Assembly: GCA_002495185.1 (NCBI GenBank)
Contig: DAEB01000027.1
Location: 22,373-82,405 of the forward strand
Direction: 5' to 3'
Source of the DNA: Thermoplasmata archaeon UBA184
GTDB lineage: Archaea; Thermoplasmatota; Thermoplasmata; Lutacidiplasmatales; UBA184
DNA: 60,033 bases
A model generated the notes under the pieces. It saw only the letters and a list, made by a program, of their open reading frames with translations. It did no database searches and had not been told where the DNA came from. Each line of letters begins with the position of its first letter. Position 1 is the stretch's first letter. Positions 1-8,912 of this stretch are shown here, one piece after another. Position numbers and translations under genes: made by a program.

Positions 1-137
1 TCGAGGATCACATCCCCCACGCGACGCCCCGCCTCCGAAGCCTGCGGGAGCGGAACGGCCACCTCTTCAATCGCGGGCGTCTCTTCTGCCCCGCCTACGG
101 GAGGGGATACCTCGGGCAACGATGCGGCAGCTGCCAT
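1..137 (-). CDS. ABC transporter ATP-binding protein, N-terminal fragment (OppD/DppD-like, runs off the window)
   Basis: ATG (cat at 135-137) lies 9 nt downstream of the OppC-type permease stop and is open to the window edge. It reads MAAAASLPEV...GRRVGDVILE. The assignment rests on operon position only; no Walker motif is in view. Confidence 0.35.
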   Translation of the reverse strand, partial: MAAAASLPEVSPPVGGAEETPAIEEVAVPLPQASEAGRRVGDVIL

Positions 138-146
138 TCGAACCGG

Positions 147-1292
147 CTACCTCCTCAACCGGGGGTCGAGCGCGTCGCGCAGGCCGTCGGCGAAGAAGCT
201 CACGCTGATCGCGAAGAGGAACAGGGTCAGGCCCGGGAACAGGAACTGCCACCAGGGGAACGTGCACGCCGCTCCCTGCTGGCTCTGGCAAACCTCGATG
301 AACCCGGACAGGACCGAGGGCTGGGAGGAGAGGGCCGCGATCGTCCCCCACTCGGGGAAGTTCGTGACCGGGAAGAGGCGGAACCCGATGAACACGATCG
401 CGGCGATCAGGAGCGGGACGGTGCCGACGTCCAGCGACATCTGCACGAACACCGGGTAGATGCTGTTCGGCATGATGTGCTTCCGGAGGATCCGCCCGCC
501 CCGGGCCCCGGAGGCCTTCGCCGCCTCGACGTACCGCTGCTCGCGCGTGATGAGCACCTGACTACGCACGATACGGGCGTAGGTCGGCCACCACGTCACG
601 ACGAACGCGAAGATGACGTAGCTCATTCGGCCCCAGAGGCTCGTGACCGAACCGGCGAGCACGGCGAGGACGATGATCACGAGCAGGAGTCCGGGGATCG
701 AGAGGAAGATATCGGTAATCCGCATTACGACCTCGTCGACGACCCCACCGTAGTAGCCGGAAACGACTCCGGCAAGGATCCCGATCAACGCCCCCGAGGC
801 CACGACGCCCACCGAAACCGTGAGCGACCACTGGGTTCCTTTCACCAGGCCGTCGAACGGGTCGTAGAACGGCGCGGAGCCCGGGTTCTGGGTCAGGGAC
901 CCGAACGGGAGCGGCCCGAGCGTGGCGGGATGCAAGTTCACCGTGGGCGCGATGACCGACGGCATACCGTTCGGGGTCGCGTAGCAGTTCGGGCCCGGCG
1001 GAAGCTCCCCCATGCCCGGCTCGTAGGTGCAGATCTGCTGCTGCGTGGCGTTCGGGTTAACCGGGTTGCCGTTGGTCGCCACATAGGTGGTCAGTTCCGT
1101 GGGGTCGGCCGGGTAGAAGAAGGACGAGACGAACAGAGCGGCGAAGAACACCAGGATCCCGAGCCCGATCATCGCGAGCGTGTTCCTGCGGAAGAAGTAC
1201 CACGTCCGGCGGAACTGGTCGATCCGCGGGCTGGGGCGTCGCCGTCGGCGGGGCTGCGAAGCTTCGACCTTCTTTTCCGATTCGTCCGCCAT
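147..1292 (-). CDS. Opp/Dpp-type ABC transporter permease (OppC/DppC family) with a large extracytoplasmic loop
   Basis: 381-aa ORF. N-terminal TM after a basic stretch (WYFFRRNTLAMIGLGILVFF). BPD-transporter core (ITDIFLSIPGLLLVIIV, SYVEAAKASGARGGRILRKHIMPN). C-terminal ADGLRDALDPRLR is typical of the family. Confidence 0.85.
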   Translation of the reverse strand: MADESEKKVEASQPRRRRRPSPRIDQFRRTWYFFRRNTLAMIGLGILVFFAALFVSSFFYPADPTELTTYVATNGNPVNPNATQQQICTYEPGMGELPPGPNCYATPNGMPSVIAPTVNLHPATLGPLPFGSLTQNPGSAPFYDPFDGLVKGTQWSLTVSVGVVASGALIGILAGVVSGYYGGVVDEVVMRITDIFLSIPGLLLVIIVLAVLAGSVTSLWGRMSYVIFAFVVTWWPTYARIVRSQVLITREQRYVEAAKASGARGGRILRKHIMPNSIYPVFVQMSLDVGTVPLLIAAIVFIGFRLFPVTNFPEWGTIAALSSQPSVLSGFIEVCQSQQGAACTFPWWQFLFPGLTLFLFAISVSFFADGLRDALDPRLRR

Positions 1293-1303
1293 GACCTACT
1301 ACC

Positions 1304-2503
1304 TCAGCCCAGCCGGACCCGAGGGTCCAAGAATGCGTACAGGATGTCGACGATGATGTTCGCCGTCACGACGAGGAGCGTGAAGAGGACGGTGCTCCCG
1401 AAGATGACCCCATAGTCGTAGGGAGTCTGCGTCACGGAGTAGGCGATCATCCGCCCGACGCCGTTGAGCTGGAAGACCGTCTCGACGATGGGGAACCCTG
1501 CGATAAACCCCGCGAAGGTGAGGCCCAGCACCGTGATCGTCACGTTGAGCGAGTTGCGTCCCGCGTGCTTGTTGATCACCGTCTTCTCCGGGAGTCCCTT
1601 CGCCCGAGCGGTCCGCACAAAGTCCAAGTTCAGCACCTCGAGCATACTGTTCCGGACGAACCGAAGGAGCAACGCCACCGTCCCGTACGCGATCACGAAC
1701 GCCGGGATGACCATCCGAATGATGGTGTCGAGAGCGAGGAACCACTGTCCGTGGAGGGCGGCGTCGACCGTGGGGAAGCCGGTCGGAGAGCTCTGCACGA
1801 AATGGTTCAACCATGTCGGAGAAATGCCTCCCGGGAAGCACTGCGGTGGCGGCCAGGAGCCGGTGAAGTCGGAGTACGAGGTCTGACCCGAGCAGAACGC
1901 CGAATGGACGTTCGGGCCCCCGACCAAGATCACCGCGGCCATGAGAAGCAACGACCCGAGGAGGAAACCGGGGAGGGCGTACCCCGAAAACGAAAGCACC
2001 CGCGCCGCTTGGTCGATGGGCCGGTTTCGGTTCACCGCCGAGAGATTGCCGATCGGAATGGCAATGATCAGGATCAACAGGAGAGAAAGCGCGGCGAGCT
2101 CGAGCGTGTACGGGAGGAACCAGCCGAGCACGGTCACGACTGGCTGACCTCGCGCGATCTGGACGGACGTCGAGACTCCGGACCCGTTCCCGACGTACCC
2201 CCAATTTCCCGTAAAAGTATTGTAAATGTAGACCCCCCATTGGACCTCGATCGGCCGATCAAGGCCGAGCTGATGCGTCCCGCGGATGTACGCGGGATTC
2301 AGACATGTCCCGTTTTCCCCCGGTGTGATGCGCGAGCAGGCGATGTACTGGTTCCAGGAGAGACGGGGGTTCTCGCCGAAAGCGGAGGCCAACCGGTCGG
2401 GAATCGGGAGCGCGCTTACGAGAAGGAATGTAATGGTCATGACCCCGATCACGACCGGGAAGACGAGGATAATTCGCCGTACGACGTAGACCCAAAGCCG
2501 CAC
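1304..2503 (-). CDS. Opp/Dpp-type ABC transporter permease (OppB/DppB family), copy A
   Basis: 399-aa ORF with a GTG start preceded by GGGGGAG. Typical OppB N-terminus MRLWVYVVRRIILVFPVVIGVMTITFLL, EAA-loop region DFVRTARAKGLPEKTVINKHAGRNSL and C-terminus VDILYAFLDPRVRLG. Confidence 0.85.
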   Translation of the reverse strand: MRLWVYVVRRIILVFPVVIGVMTITFLLVSALPIPDRLASAFGENPRLSWNQYIACSRITPGENGTCLNPAYIRGTHQLGLDRPIEVQWGVYIYNTFTGNWGYVGNGSGVSTSVQIARGQPVVTVLGWFLPYTLELAALSLLLILIIAIPIGNLSAVNRNRPIDQAARVLSFSGYALPGFLLGSLLLMAAVILVGGPNVHSAFCSGQTSYSDFTGSWPPPQCFPGGISPTWLNHFVQSSPTGFPTVDAALHGQWFLALDTIIRMVIPAFVIAYGTVALLLRFVRNSMLEVLNLDFVRTARAKGLPEKTVINKHAGRNSLNVTITVLGLTFAGFIAGFPIVETVFQLNGVGRMIAYSVTQTPYDYGVIFGSTVLFTLLVVTANIIVDILYAFLDPRVRLG

Positions 2504-2708
2504 GTTCTCCCCCGGACCGGCGGTCCCCGCGTCGGCCGACTCGGACTAACCAACCGCTGGTATTTAAGCATCTATCGGGAATCTTCGGCGAAAGCTCACC
2601 TGCGTCGTCATTCCCCCTTCCCGACCGGGGTCTTCGTTGTGGACCGCCCGGCTCGACCGCGGGCACGAAAGGACGTCCCGACGACACCGAGGGATCCGCG
2701 CGCCCGGC

Positions 2709-3908
2709 TCAACCGAGGCGTACGCGCGGGTCGAGATATGCGTAGAGGACGTCCACGATCAGGTTGGCGGTCACGATTAGGAGGGTGAAGAGGACGGTGC
2801 TTCCGAAGATGATCCCGTAATCGTACGGCGTCTGCGTGACGGAGTACGCGAGCATGATCCCAACGCCGTTCAGGTCAAACAGATACTCGATGATCGGAAA
2901 GCCTCCGAGAAACCCGACGAACACCAACCCGAGCACGGTGATCGTGACGTTGAGCGAATTGCGGCCGGCGTGCTTTTTAATGACCGTCCTCTCCGGGAGG
3001 CCCTTCGCGCGGGCACTTCGGATGAAATCGAGGTTTAGGACCTCGAGCATGCTGTTTCGGACGAAGCGCAGAAGGTCCGCCGCAGTGCCGTAGGCGATCA
3101 CGAAGGCGGGGATCATTATTCGAATAATCGTGTCGAGGGCTAGCCACCACTGACCGTGGATGAGCGCGTCCACGGTCGGGAATCCGGTCGGAGAGCTGAT
3201 CTGCCCCATCACGAGCCAAGACGGATAGACCCCGTTCGGGAAGCATTGGGGAGGGGGCCAAGAACCGGTGAAGTCGGTGTACGCCGACTGCCCATGACAG
3301 AACGGAGAATGGACGTTCGGACCTCCTATCACGAGGACGAACATCATCAGCATTAACGAACCGAGCATGAAATCTGGGATCGCGTACCCCGAGAACGATA
3401 AGATGCGGGAAGCCTGGTCGACCGGTCGGTTCCGATTGACGGCGGCGATGTTCCCGATCGGAACGGCCATGAAGAGCGTCATGGTTAGAGCCAGGGCCGC
3501 GAGTTCGAGGGTGTACGGAAGGAACCAGCCGAGAACGGTCAGGACCGGTTGCCCCCGTGCGATAGAGACGGTGGTCGCGACCCCGGAGTCGTTGCCGACG
3601 TACCCCCATTTTCCGGTGAGCGAATTGGACATGTAGATCGCCCACTGGTACGGGATGGGTTTGTCGAGGCCCAATTCGTGGGTCCCCCGGACCCATGCCG
3701 GATTGATGCAGGTCCCGTTCTCGTCGGGATTGATCCGGGAGCACGGAATGTACTGGTTCCAGGAGAGACGAGGGCTGACTCCGAAGGCGGAGGCCAACCG
3801 GTCGGAGGTGGGGACGGCGCTCACCAGAAGGAAGGTGAGTGTCATCACCCCTACCACCACCGGGATGACCATGATGAGGCGTCGGACGATGTAGATCCAG
3901 AGCCTCAC
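2709..3908 (-). CDS. Opp/Dpp-type ABC transporter permease (OppB/DppB family), copy B (tandem paralogue)
   Basis: 399-aa ORF with a GTG start preceded by GGAGG. Colinear with copy A and roughly three-quarters identical by eye (14 differences in the first 60 residues). Confidence 0.85.
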   Translation of the reverse strand: MRLWIYIVRRLIMVIPVVVGVMTLTFLLVSAVPTSDRLASAFGVSPRLSWNQYIPCSRINPDENGTCINPAWVRGTHELGLDKPIPYQWAIYMSNSLTGKWGYVGNDSGVATTVSIARGQPVLTVLGWFLPYTLELAALALTMTLFMAVPIGNIAAVNRNRPVDQASRILSFSGYAIPDFMLGSLMLMMFVLVIGGPNVHSPFCHGQSAYTDFTGSWPPPQCFPNGVYPSWLVMGQISSPTGFPTVDALIHGQWWLALDTIIRIMIPAFVIAYGTAADLLRFVRNSMLEVLNLDFIRSARAKGLPERTVIKKHAGRNSLNVTITVLGLVFVGFLGGFPIIEYLFDLNGVGIMLAYSVTQTPYDYGIIFGSTVLFTLLIVTANLIVDVLYAYLDPRVRLG

Positions 3909-4137
3909 GCGATCCTCCGGGCGGACGAGGCTGTCGTCCCCTTCACTCTACCCACGCGCTCTACTTAACCATCTGCGAAAAGCTCCGGGCGAAGCTCGGG
4001 GAACAGGGGTTCGGCCGAGGAGATTTCGGGCCTCCTCGCTGGTCCAAGGATGACCTCCGTAGCGCTCCGGGGGGGAGGGGAGAGCGGGACCGTTCGTCTC
4101 CGGCTACTCCGGTGCGCCCCTTTTTGTCCACGAACGC

Positions 4138-4920
4138 ATGCGCAAAGACGAGCGCGGAAGCCCGATGAGCAGTCGGCCGGGGCCCAAACCGAAGAGGCTC
4201 TACATCCGCCTCGCGCGATTCGGTGGGGAGGGTCCTCCGGAATCGGAGCCGTCGCGAATCCTCGGAGAGTTCGTCCGGGAGCTCGACCGCGTGGGCCGGT
4301 TGGTCGCCCACGGCAGGCTCACGGAACCTCCCGGGGACCTTCTCATCTTCCGAGCGCTCGACCGAGCCGAGGCGACCCGCCTGTTGCGGACGGACCCGCA
4401 CCGTTCCGAAGCGCCGGCCGAGTACCTGTTGCTCGAATGGAAGGTCGGCGACCTCGGCGCGGGCGTGAACGTGGAGCCACCCCCCGCTCGCGGGTCGGGC
4501 CGGCTCACTCAGGTGCAACGCGTGGGAGTGATCGTGGGGGACCAGCGGGCAGCGGTCGAGTGGTACCGGGACGTTCTCGGGATGGAGGTTCTTCGAAGTG
4601 ACGCCGAGACCGAGCTCGCGGAGGTCTCTCTCGGACCGGGCACGGTCGCGCTCTCCCTCATCTCGCCCCGGCCGGAATGGGGGGAGCCGCTCTACGCGGA
4701 GGCGGTCGCACGACGGGGAACGCGCACGGGGATCGTGTTCCAGGCCGACAACGTCGACGCACTCGAGCTACGACTCCGGCACGCGCACGCCCACATCACC
4801 CAGGGGGTCGAATCGGAACCGTGGGGCGGCCGCACGATCCGGTTCACGGACCCGGACGGCAACGAGTTTCTCGCCTTCGACCGGGGCGCCCCTCGGACCT
4901 CCGAGAAGAAGGAGCTCTAG
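4138..4920 (+). CDS. YciI-like domain fused to a VOC (glyoxalase/bleomycin-resistance/dioxygenase) domain
   Basis: The N-terminal half resembles YciI (VGRLVAHGRLTEPPGDLLIFRALDRAEATRLLRTDP...LLLEW). The C-terminal half resembles VOC (VQRVGVIVGDQRAAVEWYRDVLGMEV...IRFTDPDGNEFLAFD). The start could instead be the ATG at 4165. Confidence 0.7.
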   Translation: MRKDERGSPMSSRPGPKPKRLYIRLARFGGEGPPESEPSRILGEFVRELDRVGRLVAHGRLTEPPGDLLIFRALDRAEATRLLRTDPHRSEAPAEYLLLEWKVGDLGAGVNVEPPPARGSGRLTQVQRVGVIVGDQRAAVEWYRDVLGMEVLRSDAETELAEVSLGPGTVALSLISPRPEWGEPLYAEAVARRGTRTGIVFQADNVDALELRLRHAHAHITQGVESEPWGGRTIRFTDPDGNEFLAFDRGAPRTSEKKEL

Positions 4921-4962
4921 GACGTTTCGCCCGGGTCGGCGACTCTCGTCAGGGAGCCGGGC

Positions 4963-5343
4963 TCACAGCAGCGGCAGCCCGCCGGTGACGGCATCGATCT
5001 CGGCGACCGGCGCAGGACCGAGACCGAGGCACGTCTTAGTTCCCGGAGGGACCTCCGTGAATCCCGCGTCCTCCACCAGGACCCAGGAGATCCCGAGCGA
5101 CCGCGCCTTGCGGGCGAGCGTCTCGAGCTCGAGGAGGGTCGGGACGCTGAGAGCAATCTTCTTCTGACCGCCGGCCGACCATGCCCGATAGGCTTCGGGA
5201 CTGCGGTTTCGTGCTTCTTCGGCCAGGATCACCGCGGCATGGGCCACCTGCACGGCCGCCTTGCCGGCCGTGAGACGGAGTTCGCCCCGAAGCACGATGA
5301 CCATCTTGTACTCGACGCCTGAGGCGACCGACTTACGAGGCAT
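4963..5343 (-). CDS. pth2: Peptidyl-tRNA hydrolase, archaeal type (Pth2)
   Basis: The C-terminal 113 aa of the ORF match the Pth2 pattern (YKMVIVLRGELRLTAGKAAVQVAHAAV...GQKKIAL...VEDAGFTEVPPGTKTCLGLGP...ITGGLPLL). The start is taken at the ATG overlapping the upstream stop; the alternative is 5304. The upstream part of the 208-aa ORF is Arg/Pro shadow. Confidence 0.8.
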   Translation of the reverse strand: MPRKSVASGVEYKMVIVLRGELRLTAGKAAVQVAHAAVILAEEARNRSPEAYRAWSAGGQKKIALSVPTLLELETLARKARSLGISWVLVEDAGFTEVPPGTKTCLGLGPAPVAEIDAVTGGLPLL

Positions 5344-5878
5344 ACTCCTCCTCGCGCCCCCGGGAAAGGGACGTCCGCTCGGACCGCACCGCGTCGAGCT
5401 CCCGGGTGAGACGCGCGACTTCCTCCGGGTTCCCGGCCGCTTTGCGAAGCGCATGCTCCAGCCTGCGCTCGTCGCGCCCGAGACGTTCCAGCTGTCGGTA
5501 GAGCTCCCATGCCCCCTCCTCTCCGGGACCGACCTCGGGGGTCTTCGCCGGCGGCGGGGTCCGGGAGAACCCTCCCCGCACCAGGGCAACTGCGATGCCG
5601 ACCACGGAGACGCCAGCGAGAATCGATTCGAGAGTGGGGTCGCTCCACCCGGCCCCGAAGCCGCCGGGCGCGAGGTCCAGGAGCCCGTACCCCACCACGA
5701 TCGTCATGCCGATGCTCGTGACGAAGGAAAGCGTGACGATCTCGAGAAGCCTCCGAGTCCCGCCCGGTCCCCGGACCCGCCACTCCGGGAACAGCGCCTT
5801 CGTCAGCGCATAGCCCGGGACGAAGAACAAGAGCGCTCCGCCGAGCAGCGCCTCCCCCACGCCCAGGGTCGTTGTCAT
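5333..5878 (-). CDS. Small membrane protein, DUF1616-like N-terminus plus C-terminal coiled coil
   Basis: Start taken at MTTTLGVGEALLGGALLFFVPGYALTKALFP, 16 nt after the srp54 stop. There are about 3 TM helices, then a charged helical tail (WELYRQLERLGRDERRLEHALRKA). Confidence 0.55.
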   Translation of the reverse strand: MTTTLGVGEALLGGALLFFVPGYALTKALFPEWRVRGPGGTRRLLEIVTLSFVTSIGMTIVVGYGLLDLAPGGFGAGWSDPTLESILAGVSVVGIAVALVRGGFSRTPPPAKTPEVGPGEEGAWELYRQLERLGRDERRLEHALRKAAGNPEEVARLTRELDAVRSERTSLSRGREEEYAS

Positions 5879-5894
5879 CCTGCGCCGGTCCGTC

Positions 5895-7238
5895 TCAAGG
5901 GGACGGTTCTCCGCCCGCGCCGCCGAACTGCCGCTCCATCTGGCGCCGGAGGCGCCGGTTGGAGGCGAGGCCGTGGGCGGCCTTGCGGGTCGTCTCGTAG
6001 TGCTTGAGGAGGGCACGAACCTCCTGGGGTCGGTGGCCGCTCCCCCGCGCGATGCGGTGGATCCGGTCGGCCTTGATGACCTGGGGGTCGTCGAGCTCCT
6101 GGGCGGTCATCGAGTCGAGAATGACTCGAAAGCCGCGGAGCCTCTTCTGGGTCTGCTCGAGCTCCTTGTCGTCGACCTTCATCGAGCCGAACCCGGGGAA
6201 GGCCGAGAGGATTTTCGAGAACGGTCCCATCTCGCCGAGAGAATCGAGCTGGGAGCGCATGTCGCGCAGCGTGAACCGTCCGGTCATGAGCGCCTTCGCG
6301 GCCTTCTCGGCGGCCTCCTTGTTCGAAAGCTCCTCGAGCCGTTCGAGGAGGCCCTGGATGTCGCCCATTCCGAGCAGTCGGGAGACGAACCGGGTGGGTT
6401 CGAAACGGTCGAGCTCGTTCAAGTGCTCTCCCGTGCCGATGAAGAGGATCGGGGCCCCGCTCACGGCCACCGCGGAGAGCGCGCCGCCGCCCTTCGCCGA
6501 GCCGTCCAGTTTCGTGAGGATGACGCCGGTGAGGCCGACCGCCTTGTGGAACGCCTCGGCGCTCCGTCCCGCCGTCTGGCCCATCGCCGCGTCCAGGACT
6601 AGGAGAACCTCGTCCGGTTGGAGGACGGCCCGCACTCGCTTGAGCTCCTCGATGAGGTCGGGGTCGATCCCGCTTCGGCCCGCGGTGTCGACGATGACGG
6701 CCACGTGGGGCGGGAACTTCTCGAGCGCCTCCCGGACGATCTGCTCGGCCCTCGGCTCGGACCGGTTGGCGTAGAACTCGCATCCGACCTTCTTCGCGAG
6801 CTGCTCGAGCTGGTCGACCGCCGCCGGACGGTGGACGTCGGCCGCGACGAGCGCCACGCGAACCCCTCGTTTCTGAAAGTAGCGAGCGAGCTTCGCGGCG
6901 GTGGTCGTCTTTCCCTGGCCGAAGAGCCCGGCCAGCAGGATCTTCTTCGGCCGAAGGTCGAAGGGGCGTTCCTTTCCGAGGATGCCCCGGACCTCCTCGT
7001 AGATGATCCGGACGAGAAAGTCCCGGAGGCTCACACCGGCCGGGGGCTTTTCCTCCACCGCGCGGCGACGGACGCGCTGGGTCAGCTCGATCGTGAGCTG
7101 GACGTTGACGTCCGCCTGTAGGAGCGCTCGCTGGATGTCGCGCACGACCTCCGAGAGCAGCGCTTCGTCGACGACCGAGCCGCGCGCGATCTTCTGAAGA
7201 ACGCCGCGGAGCGACTTTCCGAGGGAATCGAGTACCAT
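5895..7238 (-). CDS. srp54: Signal recognition particle protein SRP54
   Basis: 447 aa. N domain, G domain with GLFGQGKTTTAAKLA, DTAGR and TKLDG, and a Met-rich M domain (LGMGDIQGLLERL...FTLRDMRSQL). Confidence 0.95.
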   Translation of the reverse strand: MVLDSLGKSLRGVLQKIARGSVVDEALLSEVVRDIQRALLQADVNVQLTIELTQRVRRRAVEEKPPAGVSLRDFLVRIIYEEVRGILGKERPFDLRPKKILLAGLFGQGKTTTAAKLARYFQKRGVRVALVAADVHRPAAVDQLEQLAKKVGCEFYANRSEPRAEQIVREALEKFPPHVAVIVDTAGRSGIDPDLIEELKRVRAVLQPDEVLLVLDAAMGQTAGRSAEAFHKAVGLTGVILTKLDGSAKGGGALSAVAVSGAPILFIGTGEHLNELDRFEPTRFVSRLLGMGDIQGLLERLEELSNKEAAEKAAKALMTGRFTLRDMRSQLDSLGEMGPFSKILSAFPGFGSMKVDDKELEQTQKRLRGFRVILDSMTAQELDDPQVIKADRIHRIARGSGHRPQEVRALLKHYETTRKAAHGLASNRRLRRQMERQFGGAGGEPSP

Positions 7239-7387
7239 GCGATTCTACCGGCCCGAGAGGCTTCCAGACCCCACGTGGATGGCCTATATGTCGGGAGCGA
7301 GGGCCCCCCGAGGGGCCCGAACCGTGCGAGTGTATCGCTCGCCACGGAATCCACTTAAGACCTTGCGAGGCTCCAACGGATGGGTCT

Positions 7388-8851
7388 ATGACTCCTGACG
7401 CGGCCGCCGCACCTCCAAAGCCGGCCCCCCCCAAGCTGAACCCGGTTCGGGTCCCGATCGCCGAGGAACCGGTGGGCGTCCGCACCCAGGACTTCCGCGA
7501 GGTGTTGCATGCCTACTCGAAGGAGGACGCGGTCCTCGAGGCCAAGCGGTGCATCCAATGCCGCCGCCCGTGGTGCGTCGAGGCGTGCCCGATCACGCAA
7601 GACTGCCGGGAGTACATCCGCCTCATCGCGGACGGGAATTTCGATGGTGCGGCCCGGGTGACCCTCCGGGAGAACCCGCTCGCGACCTGCCTCTGCAAGG
7701 TCTGCTATCACTACTGTGAGGACGCCTGTGTTGTCAAGAAGAAAGGAGTTCCCATCGCGATCCGTCATCTCAAGCGGGCGTCCCTCGAATACGGGTCGAG
7801 CGAGCTCGCCTACGTCCCGTCGAAGCCGAAGCACCAGCGTGTTGCGGTCGTCGGCGCGGGCCCCGCCGGTCTGATGATGGCCTGGGAGCTCGCCGTCCGG
7901 GGCTACTCTGTCACGGTCTTCGAGCAGGAGACCCGATACGGAGGGCTCATGCAGACGATCCCCGCGTACCGGATGACCGACGCCGACGTCGAGACCGACC
8001 GGCGCAGGTTCCGGGACCTGGACGTCGCGTTCGTGGACGGGACGAAGGTCGGCCGTGACTTTCCGTTCGATAAGCTGGTCAAGGAGGACGGCTACCAAGC
8101 GGTCTTCCTCGCGATCGGTACGCCGAACCACCGCTCGCTCGGGGTCCCCGGCGAGAAGGTCCCGGGAGTGCTGCCCGCGCTCGATTTTCTGAAGGACGTG
8201 AACCAAGGGAGGCCCGTCACCGTGGGCAAGGAGGTCGTGGTCATCGGAGGCGGCGACGTCGCGATGGACTCGGTCCGCACGGCGCTTCGCGAATCGCACG
8301 GGGGACGAGTGACCTTGGTCTACCGGCGGAGCCGCCAGGAGATGCCGGCGGACGCCGAAGAGGTCCATGGCGCCGAGCAGGAGGGGATTCGCTTCTACTT
8401 CCTCAAGGCGCCGATACAGATCGTCGGGAACCAGCACGTCGAGGGACTCGTGGTCCAGACGATGGAACTTGGCCCGCCAGATGCGGGCGGTCGACGCAGT
8501 CCCATTCCCGTCCCCCATTCGGAGGAGACGATCCCGTGCGACACCGTCATCATCGCCGTGGGCCAGAAGACCGACCTCACCGGGATCGATTCGGGCCTCG
8601 ACCTCAAGCTGACCTCGCAGGGTTGGCCCGAGGGAAAGGGCAAGGGCTTCGAGACCGCGGTCCCGGGCATCTTCGCCGCCGGCGGCCGTTCGGTCGTGTA
8701 CGCGATGGGCGCGGCGATGGAGGCGGCGAATGCGATCGATGCGTACCTCTCCGCGAAGCGGGGCGAGACGGCCCCACCACGCCCCGACCCCCTCGGGGGA
8801 ACGGAGACGTTCCACCTCCCCGCGGGGTACACCTCGCCCATTCGCGTGTAG
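7388..8851 (+). CDS. GltD/NfnB/SudA-family FAD- and NAD(P)H-dependent oxidoreductase with N-terminal Fe-S domain
   Basis: Cys clusters (CIQCRRPWCVEACP, CLCKVCYHYCEDAC). FAD fold VAVVGAGPAGLMMAWELAVRGYSVTVFE and a second Rossmann motif VVVIGGGDVAMD. No partner subunit is adjacent. Confidence 0.85.
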   Translation: MTPDAAAAPPKPAPPKLNPVRVPIAEEPVGVRTQDFREVLHAYSKEDAVLEAKRCIQCRRPWCVEACPITQDCREYIRLIADGNFDGAARVTLRENPLATCLCKVCYHYCEDACVVKKKGVPIAIRHLKRASLEYGSSELAYVPSKPKHQRVAVVGAGPAGLMMAWELAVRGYSVTVFEQETRYGGLMQTIPAYRMTDADVETDRRRFRDLDVAFVDGTKVGRDFPFDKLVKEDGYQAVFLAIGTPNHRSLGVPGEKVPGVLPALDFLKDVNQGRPVTVGKEVVVIGGGDVAMDSVRTALRESHGGRVTLVYRRSRQEMPADAEEVHGAEQEGIRFYFLKAPIQIVGNQHVEGLVVQTMELGPPDAGGRRSPIPVPHSEETIPCDTVIIAVGQKTDLTGIDSGLDLKLTSQGWPEGKGKGFETAVPGIFAAGGRSVVYAMGAAMEAANAIDAYLSAKRGETAPPRPDPLGGTETFHLPAGYTSPIRV

Positions 8852-8912
8852 GGAGTCCGATTCGCTCCCCGGGTGGCAAGGTTTTTCCGAGGCACCCTCC
8901 CATCCCCAAGGG

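Noticed and set aside
5875-7485. 536-aa ORF on the minus strand overlapping srp54 in another frame. Similar very long ORFs occur at 7355-8815, 12708-14798, 33460-35595, 36037-37878 and 48125-50350.
   Set aside because: Their translations are dominated by Arg/Pro/Gly/Ala with no motifs. They fully overlap genes with clear family signatures. These are the expected stop-poor shadow frames of a GC-rich genome, not overlapping genes.
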